A stretch of DNA of 64,000 nt from an uncultured Gemmatimonadaceae bacterium (GTDB lineage Bacteria; Gemmatimonadota; Gemmatimonadetes; Gemmatimonadales; Gemmatimonadaceae): the NCBI GenBank assembly GCA_963740355.1, contig CAVUDW010000001.1:119016-183015 (forward strand), written 5' to 3'. Both the position numbers and the translations under genes were made by a program. The notes beneath the pieces were generated by a model. It was given only the letters and a program-made list of their open reading frames with translations, was not told the origin of the DNA and searched no databases. Shown in pieces: positions 55,153 through 64,000 of the stretch. The number at the start of each line of letters is the position of its first letter. Position 1 is the stretch's first letter.

Positions 55153-56997
55153 ATGCGTTTTCTCTTGATCACGGGGTCTGCGGTCGCGCTCGCCAGTAGC
55201 GTCTGGACGGCGGCTGGATCGCGCCCGACCGCCGGCGGCGAGCTGCATGTCGGTCCGGTCGGGGCCGGTACCAGCGTCCTTCGCCGCGCGCCGGGCTCGG
55301 AATCCCGTGATCCGCGTGTGCCGCTCTCCGCGGCCGGACAGCGCTGGGTGGACAGCACCCTGCAAACGCTCTCCCAGCGCCAACGGGCCGCGCAGTTGAT
55401 CCACGTCTGGTTGCTCGGTGACTACGAGAGCACGACCGACAGCGCCTTTGCGGTCACCGCACGATGGGTGCGCGAGGATGGGATCGGCGGCATCCTGATG
55501 TCCGTCGGATCGCCGATCGAGGTCGCGGCCAAGCTGAACGCGCTGCAGGCCATGTCTCGCGTCCCGTTGCTGGTGGGCTGCGACGTGGAGCCGTCGCTGG
55601 GGCGGCTCGAAGGTGGTCTGTTCATTCCCTCGATGCTCAAGGGCGGCGGTGCGACGCTGCTGCCGACGAACATGGCGATCGGCGCCACCGCAGACACCGC
55701 TCTCGCCTATCAGGCTGGCCTCGTGACCGGTCGAGAGGCCCGCGCCATCGGCATCCACCTCGCGTACGCGCCAGTGGCCGACGTGAACAACAATGCCGCC
55801 AACCCGGTCATCAACGTCCGGTCGTTTGGCGAGGACCCCGCGCTGGTGGCTTCGATGGTCGCGGCGTTCACCCGCGGAGTGCAGGATGGTGGCGCGCTGG
55901 CGACGGTGAAGCACTTCCCCGGCCACGGCGATACGGAAACCGACTCACACAACGCCCTGCCCGTGGTGCACCTGACGCACGCCCGGCTCGACAGCGTCGA
56001 ACTGCGCCCCTTCCGCGCGGCGATCAATGTCGGAGTGGCGGCCGTGATGTCCGCGCACATCAGCAATCCGACCTGGATGGGGGATGCCCTGCCGGCGACG
56101 CTCCAGCGGCGCGTGCTCCGCGACGAGCTCCGTGATTCCCTGCACTTTCGCGGCCTCACGATCACCGACGCGCTCACCATGCAGGGCGTGGCGCGGATGT
56201 TTTCGCAGGACGAGATCGCGATTCGCTCGATCGAGGCCGGCGCGGAGGTGCTGCTGAAGCCGGCGGATGTGACGCCGGTGCTCAATGCGCTGGCCGCACG
56301 TGCGGCCAGGGACACGGCGTTCGCGGCGCTGATCGACGCCGCCGCCCGCAAGAATCTCGAGATGAAGGTGCGGGTCGGCCTCGATCAGTCATCGCAGATG
56401 TCGCTTGATTCGCTTCGCCTGCACGTCGGCACCGCGAGCAATCGCGCCGTCGCGACGGCGATTGCCAGCCGGGCCGTGACCGTGCTCCGCGACGGTGCGG
56501 GCCAGATTCCGCTGGCCCGCGGCCGCAATCTGCGGGTCGTGGTGTACACACCGGAGACGGAGTTCGGCGGAGGCGCGGCCTTCCTCGATGAATTCAAGAA
56601 GCGCGCGGATGCCACGGTCTACCGTGTCGGGCCGCAGACTTCCGCGATCGAGCTGAACGCGATCAGCAAACGTGCCACCCGAGGCCGACTGGTCGTCCTC
56701 ACCGTGGTGCGACGCGTGGAGGGCCGTGGGCGGGTCGCCATTGCGGAGCCGTTCGCGGCGTGGGTGCGCCGGATTGCTCCGAAGCTGAAACCTGTCGTGA
56801 TTGCGGCGGGCAACCCGTACGTGATTGGCCAGTTTCCCAGGATTGAGGCGTACATGACGACATTCAGCGTGGGCGAGGCATCCGAACGCGCCGCGGCGCG
56901 GGCACTGCTCGGCGCGGCAGTCAGCGGGCATTCACCGGTCAGCCTGCCCGGCGTTTTCTCGCGCACCGATGGCGTGACGGGAGGCAATGGACGATGA
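55153..56997 (+). CDS. nagZ: GH3 beta-N-acetylglucosaminidase (two-domain NagZ type), secreted
   Basis: KHFPGHGDTETDSH NagZ motif; ITDALTM; signal peptide. Confidence 0.88.
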   Translation: MRFLLITGSAVALASSVWTAAGSRPTAGGELHVGPVGAGTSVLRRAPGSESRDPRVPLSAAGQRWVDSTLQTLSQRQRAAQLIHVWLLGDYESTTDSAFAVTARWVREDGIGGILMSVGSPIEVAAKLNALQAMSRVPLLVGCDVEPSLGRLEGGLFIPSMLKGGGATLLPTNMAIGATADTALAYQAGLVTGREARAIGIHLAYAPVADVNNNAANPVINVRSFGEDPALVASMVAAFTRGVQDGGALATVKHFPGHGDTETDSHNALPVVHLTHARLDSVELRPFRAAINVGVAAVMSAHISNPTWMGDALPATLQRRVLRDELRDSLHFRGLTITDALTMQGVARMFSQDEIAIRSIEAGAEVLLKPADVTPVLNALAARAARDTAFAALIDAAARKNLEMKVRVGLDQSSQMSLDSLRLHVGTASNRAVATAIASRAVTVLRDGAGQIPLARGRNLRVVVYTPETEFGGGAAFLDEFKKRADATVYRVGPQTSAIELNAISKRATRGRLVVLTVVRRVEGRGRVAIAEPFAAWVRRIAPKLKPVVIAAGNPYVIGQFPRIEAYMTTFSVGEASERAAARALLGAAVSGHSPVSLPGVFSRTDGVTGGNGR

Positions 56998-58190
56998 AAC
57001 AGCGTGCGGCAGGCATCGCGCTGGCGCTGGTCATCCTGACGCAGGTGGGCGAGGCGCAGGGGCCGCGGCGTCCAGCGCGGCCACGTCGACCAGTCACCGT
57101 CGCCACACGGGTCAACGATTCGCTGGTGTCCGTGCTGACGAAGGCGAAAGCCGACGGTGCGTTTCCAGGCGCGGTCGCGGTCATCGGCAGCAAGGCCGGA
57201 ATCCTCACCACGCTGGGGGTCGGCCAGCTCGACGCCAGTGTGCCCGCACAGCCGACCGCCCAGACGTTGTACGACCTGGCCTCACTGACGAAGATCATTG
57301 CCACCACGACGCTGATGCTGGAGCTGGTGGACCAGAAGCGCGTGGTCCTCGACGCCCCGGTCGTGACCTACCTCCCGGAATGGCGCGGGCAAGGAGCAAA
57401 CCAGATCACGATTCGCCAACTGCTGACACATAGCAGTGGCCTCGCCGCATGGCGCGCGTTCTACAAGGAAGCCGTCGATCGCGCCGATGCGCGAGCGCAA
57501 CTGATGCTGGTGGGTCCCGAGGTGCCGCCGGGCACGCGCTACCTCTACAGCGACATGAACTTCATGCTGCTCGGCATGGTCGTCGAGCAGGTGACCGGCA
57601 TGCCGCTCGACAGCGCGTTCGTGCAGATGGTGGCGCTCCCGCTGGGGCTGGTGGACACGCGATATCATCCAGACTCGACGCAGCTCTTTCGCATCGCGCC
57701 GACGGAATACGATCCATGGCGGCAGCGGAAGCTGCGCGGTGAGGTGCACGACGAAAATGCGTCCCGTTTCAACGGGGTGAGTGGCCATGCCGGTCTGTTC
57801 TCGACCGGCGCGGATCTGGCGCGCGTGGCTCGCATGTGGCTCAACGGCGGGACGCTGGACGGTGTGCGCATCGCGTCAGCAGCGACCGTCGCACAATTCA
57901 CCCGCGCACAGGACACGCTGCTGAGCAAGCGTGCGTTGGGGTGGGAGACGCCGAACGGGACCAACTCTGCCGGGCATCGGTTGTCGCCATCCGCATTCGG
58001 GCACACCGGCTTCACCGGCACATCGATCTGGATCGATCCAACACGAGACCTGTTCGTGATCCTGCTCACGAATCGCGTCAATCCGACGCGCGAGAACAAG
58101 AAGATCGGCGGCGTGCGTACCGCATTGGCGGATGCGGTCGTCGGTGCGGTGGACGGCCCGGTGGCCCGGACCTCCGCCTCGTCGCCGTGA
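56994..58190 (+). CDS. Serine hydrolase, beta-lactamase class C/AmiE-like
   Basis: ASLTK (SxxK), LLTHSSGL, YSD, GEVHDEN, GHTGFTG. Confidence 0.88.
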   Translation: MKQRAAGIALALVILTQVGEAQGPRRPARPRRPVTVATRVNDSLVSVLTKAKADGAFPGAVAVIGSKAGILTTLGVGQLDASVPAQPTAQTLYDLASLTKIIATTTLMLELVDQKRVVLDAPVVTYLPEWRGQGANQITIRQLLTHSSGLAAWRAFYKEAVDRADARAQLMLVGPEVPPGTRYLYSDMNFMLLGMVVEQVTGMPLDSAFVQMVALPLGLVDTRYHPDSTQLFRIAPTEYDPWRQRKLRGEVHDENASRFNGVSGHAGLFSTGADLARVARMWLNGGTLDGVRIASAATVAQFTRAQDTLLSKRALGWETPNGTNSAGHRLSPSAFGHTGFTGTSIWIDPTRDLFVILLTNRVNPTRENKKIGGVRTALADAVVGAVDGPVARTSASSP

Positions 58191-58282
58191 TCGCTGGCCG
58201 TTCCTGAGTCCGGCAGGCTTGGGCGCACCGGCCGATTCGACGATTTTGGCGGAGTCCTTCCCCGCAGCCCCTTCTGGCTTAA

Positions 58283-58307
58283 ATTGCTGAGTAATGAGGT
58301 CGGGATT
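58283..58307. promoter_or_regulatory. IscR/Rrf2-type operator upstream of iscA/erpA
   Basis: Reverse complement AATCCCGACCTCATTACTCAGCAAT resembles E. coli type-1 IscR boxes. Confidence 0.55.
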
Positions 58308-58335
58308 CCCCGACCCCCCTTCTGGAGGAAGACGC

Positions 58336-58692
58336 ATGAGCACGATGCAGACGCCTGATGTGATGCTCTCGATCTCGCCCGCGGCGGCGGTCGAGGTGAA
58401 GAAGTTCCTCGAAGCCGAAGCGGTCGATCCAACGATCGGCGGCCTTCGTGTCGCGGTGCAGCCGGGCGGCTGCAGCGGGTTCAAATACTCGTTGCTGATC
58501 GAGGACAAGCCGGCCGAGGATGACTCCCTGCTCGCGCAGGATGGCTTTCAGGTCTTCGTCGATCCGTTCTCGATGCAGTACCTGAACGGAATCCAGATCG
58601 ACTACACGACGTCGATGCAGGGTTCTGGCTTCACCTTCAAGAACCCGAACGCCACTGGCGGCTGCGGCTGCGGATCGTCGTTCTCGGCATAA
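58336..58692 (+). CDS. erpA: Fe-S cluster A-type carrier (IscA/ErpA/HesB)
   Basis: GGAGG RBS; GGCSGFKY; CGCGSSF. Confidence 0.9.
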   Translation: MSTMQTPDVMLSISPAAAVEVKKFLEAEAVDPTIGGLRVAVQPGGCSGFKYSLLIEDKPAEDDSLLAQDGFQVFVDPFSMQYLNGIQIDYTTSMQGSGFTFKNPNATGGCGCGSSFSA

Positions 58693-58713
58693 GCAAATAC
58701 GTGCACGATGAGG

Positions 58714-58742
58714 AAGGCGGGCCCAGTCGGGTCCGCCTTTTT
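58714..58742 (+). terminator. Intrinsic terminator after iscA/erpA
   Basis: AGGCGGGCCC-agtc-GGGTCCGCCT then TTTT. Confidence 0.85.
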
Positions 58743-58819
58743 CGTTGCGGGGCGGATGCCTGAGCGGCAACGGATTTCGCGCACCTGAGTCCGGCGTCCC
58801 GATTACTTTGCCAGTACTT

Positions 58820-60682
58820 ATGCAGAACCCCGAGAAGATCCCGACCGTCATCAGTGGCGATCCCGACGCCCTCTCCGTTCGCGTGGCAGACCGCATCGAG
58901 TCGATCATGCGCTCGAATGCGAGCGCCGGGCGACAGACGGTGCTTGGTCTTGCCACCGGCTCGACACCGATCGGCGTCTACCGCGAATTGATCCGCCGCC
59001 ATCGCGAACAGGGCCTGAGCTTCGCGAACGTGGTCACGTTCAATCTCGACGAGTACTGGCCGATGGCGCCGGACTCGATTCACTCGTATCACCGATTCAT
59101 GTGGGAGAATTTCTTCTCCCACATCGACATTCCGGCATCGCAGGTGCACCTGCCGCCCGGCACCGTCGATCGGCACGACGCGGCGCATGCGTGTGCGGAC
59201 TACGAAGCGGCAATCCTCGACGCCGGCGGCATCGATTTCCAGCTCCTCGGCATTGGAAAGACGGGGCATATCGGCTTCAACGAGCCTGGCTCCGGCCGCG
59301 ATAGTCGTACCCGCCTGGTGACGCTCGATGCCATCACGCGAAAGGACGCATCAGCCGATTTCTTCGGCGCCGAGAACGTCCCGCGCGAAGCGATCACGAT
59401 GGGCGTGGCGACGATTCTGGCGGCGCGGGAAGTCGCCATCCTCGCGACAGGTGAGCACAAGTCGGGGATCGTGCGGCGCGCAGTGGAAGGCGCGATCGAC
59501 CTCGAAGTGGCCGCGACTTTCCTGCAGGAGCATCCCAACACCACGTTCTTCCTCGACGACGCCGCAGCGGTCGACCTCACGCGCATCGCAACTCCGTGGC
59601 TGGTCGATGAGGTGACGTGGGACGAGACGCTGGCGGTGCGCGCCGTCACCTGGCTCTCGCAGAAGGTGAACAAGGCGATCCTGAAGTTGACGCAACAGGA
59701 CTACGCCGAGCATCGGCTGTCATCACTGGTCGCGGTGTACGGTTCGCCAGGCGAGATCAACGGTTTCGTCTTCAACTCGCTTGGCGCACGCATCCGCGGC
59801 AAGAGCAAGCTGCACCGCGGCAAGCGCGTGATCTGCTTCTCACCGCACCCCGATGACGATGTCATCTCGATGGGTGGGATCCTGCGCAAGCTGGTCGAAA
59901 ACCAGAACTCGATCGCGGTGGCCTACATGACGAGCGGCAACATAGCGGTCTTCGATCACGATGTGCGACGCCACCTCGATTTCCTCGTGCGCATGGGCGC
60001 GCGAACGTCCGACGAGACGACGCCAGCGACGCTGCGTGGAGAGGATGTGCGCGACTTCGCGTTCCGGCTCTTTGGCGCGCTGGCGTCGAAGCGCCCGGGC
60101 GAAGTGGACGTCCCCGCGGTGCAGGACATCAAGCGGATCATTCGCGAGACGGAGGCCGTGAGCGGCCTCGAAGTGGTGGGATTGACCCGCGACAATGCTC
60201 GGTTTCTCGACCTGCCGTTCTACCAGACGGGCAAGGTGCGGAAGGACCCCATCGGGCCTGCCGATGTGCGCATCGTGCGCGACTTGCTGGAAGAGGTGCA
60301 CCCGGAAGTCGTGTTCGTCGCCGGCGACCTGAGCGATCCGCATGGCACACACCGCATGTGCAAGGAAGCGATCGAAGCAGCGCTGGAGGAATACGTCGCG
60401 CTGGGCAACGCGCGCCCCGAAGTCTGGCTGTATCGTGGCGCCTGGCAGGAATGGCCCGTGACCGACGCGACCGTGCTCGTGCCACTCAGCCAGGAAGAGC
60501 TGCGCCTCAAGATCCAGGCGATCTTCAAGCATCAGTCGCAGAAGGATTCTGCACCATTCCCGGGTCAGGACGACCGAGAGTTCTGGCAGCGGGTGCAGGA
60601 TCGCAACACGGAAACAGCGGCACAGCTCAATCGCCTCGGGCTGGCCGAGTACTTCGCCATGGAGGCGTACGTTGTCCAATAG
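58820..60682 (+). CDS. nagB: Glucosamine-6-phosphate deaminase fused to a PIG-L/LmbE-like deacetylase domain
   Basis: GLATGSTP, FNLDEY, GHIGFNEPGS; C-terminal SPHPDDD...DPHGTH. Confidence 0.92.
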   Translation: MQNPEKIPTVISGDPDALSVRVADRIESIMRSNASAGRQTVLGLATGSTPIGVYRELIRRHREQGLSFANVVTFNLDEYWPMAPDSIHSYHRFMWENFFSHIDIPASQVHLPPGTVDRHDAAHACADYEAAILDAGGIDFQLLGIGKTGHIGFNEPGSGRDSRTRLVTLDAITRKDASADFFGAENVPREAITMGVATILAAREVAILATGEHKSGIVRRAVEGAIDLEVAATFLQEHPNTTFFLDDAAAVDLTRIATPWLVDEVTWDETLAVRAVTWLSQKVNKAILKLTQQDYAEHRLSSLVAVYGSPGEINGFVFNSLGARIRGKSKLHRGKRVICFSPHPDDDVISMGGILRKLVENQNSIAVAYMTSGNIAVFDHDVRRHLDFLVRMGARTSDETTPATLRGEDVRDFAFRLFGALASKRPGEVDVPAVQDIKRIIRETEAVSGLEVVGLTRDNARFLDLPFYQTGKVRKDPIGPADVRIVRDLLEEVHPEVVFVAGDLSDPHGTHRMCKEAIEAALEEYVALGNARPEVWLYRGAWQEWPVTDATVLVPLSQEELRLKIQAIFKHQSQKDSAPFPGQDDREFWQRVQDRNTETAAQLNRLGLAEYFAMEAYVVQ

Positions 60683-60694
60683 CGCGGTCGGATC

Positions 60695-62254
60695 GTGACG
60701 GGAGGCGGTGGGTTTTCGCTGATCGACGGCGTCGTCCTCATCATCTACCTCGTCGGCACGACGGGACTGGGATTGTGGCTCGGCGGCAAGCAGAAGGATG
60801 CGAAGGACTACTTCGTGGCGAGCCATGCCATCCCGTGGTGGGGGATCCTGCTCAGTGTCGTCGCCAGTGAAACGAGTGCGCTGACATTCATCAGCATCCC
60901 AGGGCTGAGCTACGTCGGCAACCTTGGGTTCCTGCAGGTGGTGGCCGGCTACATCATCGGGCGCTTCGTGGTGGCGTACGTGCTGCTGCCGAAATACTTC
61001 GCGGGCGAGCTGGTGACGGCCTATGCACTGTTCGAAAAGCGATTCGGCAAGGAAACGCGCCGGTTCACGAGCATCGTGTTCATGGGCACACGCGCCGTGG
61101 CTGACAGCGTCCGCATCTTTGCGACGGCCATCCCTGTTGCTTTGATCCTTGGCGATTCAGTGCCGAAAGCGTACGTGATGCCGGCCGCGATCCTGGTGCT
61201 TGGCCTGCTCACGGTGGTGTACACCTACAAGGGCGGCATGCGTGCGGTGGTGTACACGGAAATGATCCAGGCCGGTGTCTACATCTTCGGCGGGATCTGC
61301 GCGCTGGTCCTGCTGGGCAAGAGTGTCGACGGCGGCTGGAGCACCATCGTGACGACAGCGGGCGCCTCGGGAAAACTGCAGGCCATCGACTGGTACACCG
61401 GCTTCGACCGCCCGCACACGGTCTTTGCCGGCCTGCTTGGCGGCGCCTTCCTGGCGATGGGGTCACACGGTGCCGATCAGTTGATCGTACAGCGCCTGAT
61501 GGCGAGCCGCGGGCTGAAGGATGCACAGCGTGCCCTGATCACGAGCGGCTTCGTGGTGTTCGCGCAGTTCACCCTGTTTCTCTTCATCGGGCTCGGCCTC
61601 TACGTCTACTACGGCGGCAAGGCCTTCGACGCCAGCGACCAGATCTTCCCGACGTTCATCGTCGAGCAGATGCCGCCTGGCTTGCTAGGCCTGATCCTGG
61701 CGGCGATCGTGGCTGCCACCATGAGCACGCACAGCGCGACGATCAACGCATTGGCTGCGACGACGACACATGACATCTACCTGCCGCTCACCGGCAAGAG
61801 CGCTGATGCGCCCGGCACGTTGCGCACGGGCAAGCTCATCGCACTGGTATGGGGCATCGCATTGACGCTCGGTGCCCTGCTCTATCCGAAACAGGGGACG
61901 CCGGTCGTGGTCGTCGCGCTCAGCATCCAGAGCTTCACGCATGGTGGCCTGGTTGGTGGCTTCTCGTTGGCGCTGCTCTGGAAACGAGCGAACCAGCGTG
62001 ACGCGATCACTGGCATGAGCATCGGCATCGCCTGCATGGCCGTGATCGTCTTCGCCAAACTGCTGATTGCGCGGATTCCCTCGCTGGCCCCAACACTTGG
62101 CGGCGTGGCAACGATCGCGTGGCCCTGGTACGTCCTGATTGGCACAGGCATCACGCTGACGGCAGGCATCCTGTCGTCGCTGACGCATCCCGCACCCACC
62201 GCGATGTTGCCGGTCACTGCGACCGGCGCCGCAGATCCAGAGAGTCGGTCATGA
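60695..62254 (+). CDS. Sodium:solute symporter (SSS family)
   Basis: [30 protein letters not shown]; about 13 TM segments. Confidence 0.93.
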   Translation: MTGGGGFSLIDGVVLIIYLVGTTGLGLWLGGKQKDAKDYFVASHAIPWWGILLSVVASETSALTFISIPGLSYVGNLGFLQVVAGYIIGRFVVAYVLLPKYFAGELVTAYALFEKRFGKETRRFTSIVFMGTRAVADSVRIFATAIPVALILGDSVPKAYVMPAAILVLGLLTVVYTYKGGMRAVVYTEMIQAGVYIFGGICALVLLGKSVDGGWSTIVTTAGASGKLQAIDWYTGFDRPHTVFAGLLGGAFLAMGSHGADQLIVQRLMASRGLKDAQRALITSGFVVFAQFTLFLFIGLGLYVYYGGKAFDASDQIFPTFIVEQMPPGLLGLILAAIVAATMSTHSATINALAATTTHDIYLPLTGKSADAPGTLRTGKLIALVWGIALTLGALLYPKQGTPVVVVALSIQSFTHGGLVGGFSLALLWKRANQRDAITGMSIGIACMAVIVFAKLLIARIPSLAPTLGGVATIAWPWYVLIGTGITLTAGILSSLTHPAPTAMLPVTATGAADPESRS

Positions 62255-62840
62255 GCAGCCCTACGGAACTCGTCGTCGTCGGTGTTGACGGTGGCGGCAG
62301 CAGCACACGCATCTATGTCGCCGATGAACGCGCACAGGTGCTCTTCAAGTCGACCGGCGAAGGGAGTGCGGTCAAGCCGGGTGCCGAAGCCGACTCCGCA
62401 GAGGTGATCGGGGCACTGGTGCGCAACGCGGTGATCGATGCCGAGATGGGGCACCTGATGCCACGCGCGCTCGTGGTTGGTGTCGCCGGCGTCGGTCGTG
62501 AAGCGCAGAAGATCGCGTTGCAGCAGGAGCTGGAGCGGCTCGAGCTGGCCGACGCCGTGGTCGTGATCTCCGACGCCGAGGCGGCGATGGAAGATGCGTT
62601 CGGGGAAGGTCCCGGCATCCTGCTGATCGCGGGCACCGGCAGCATCGCGTGGGGTCGCAGTCCGGCCGGCACGATGCAGCGATGCGGCGGCTGGGGCCAT
62701 GTGATCGGCGATGAAGGCAGTGGCGCGTGGGTCGGTCGGAAGGCGCTCGAGGTCATCGCTGCGGCGCACGATGGCCGCGAGCCCGAAACAGCGTTGACGG
62801 GTGCCGTGCTCACCGCACTCGAGTTGGACGATGTGTCGTC
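62251..62840 (+). CDS. BadF/BadG-type N-acetylglucosamine/MurNAc kinase, truncated at 62840
   Basis: [28 protein letters not shown]; similarity ends at ELDDVSS. Confidence 0.85.

Positions 62841-64000
<1,160 letters not shown>

Noticed and set aside
58740..58815. glmS ribozyme upstream of nagB (GGCGGATGCC)
   Set aside because: Only a short match; the AGCGCC cleavage site and GACGAGG core are absent.

Overview
High-GC bacterial chromosome segment, most likely Gemmatimonadota (inferred from RpoA, SecA and ribosomal-protein style and the carboxypeptidase-regulatory-like secreted protein), probably from an error-prone long-read or metagenomic assembly. Most of the window is minus-strand housekeeping genes: ssb, rimI, tsaB, tsaE, uvrB, relA/spoT, radC, secA, nadD, bamD, nucleotide-sugar genes, carB, gmd, the alpha operon (rpmJ-rpsM-rpsK-rpsD-rpoA-rplQ-rpmB), pyrF, pyrD, an amidase, smpB, Rrf2, aspA, trxB, 2-oxoacid dehydrogenase E1/E2, ino1 and a CDP-alcohol phosphotransferase. 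tRNA-Leu(CAG) and a peptidoglycan/amino-sugar recycling cluster are on the plus strand. Best leads: (1) an unannotated multi-stem structured RNA plus terminator-like hairpin in the leader of the phosphatidylinositol-synthesis genes; (2) a hybrid histidine kinase with an intact ETR1-type ethylene-binding domain and a Cys-less LOV-like PAS; (3) an accessory block with a lipoprotein carrying a toxin-like C-terminus; (4) a REP-like repeat cluster between relA and uvrB; (5) an IscR-type box upstream of iscA/erpA. Essential genes (uvrB, secA, rpsD) and ino1 carry frameshifts that look like consensus errors. The last ~1.15 kb switches abruptly to a frameshifted trpB and is probably chimeric. All calls come from reading motifs by eye; no database search was run.
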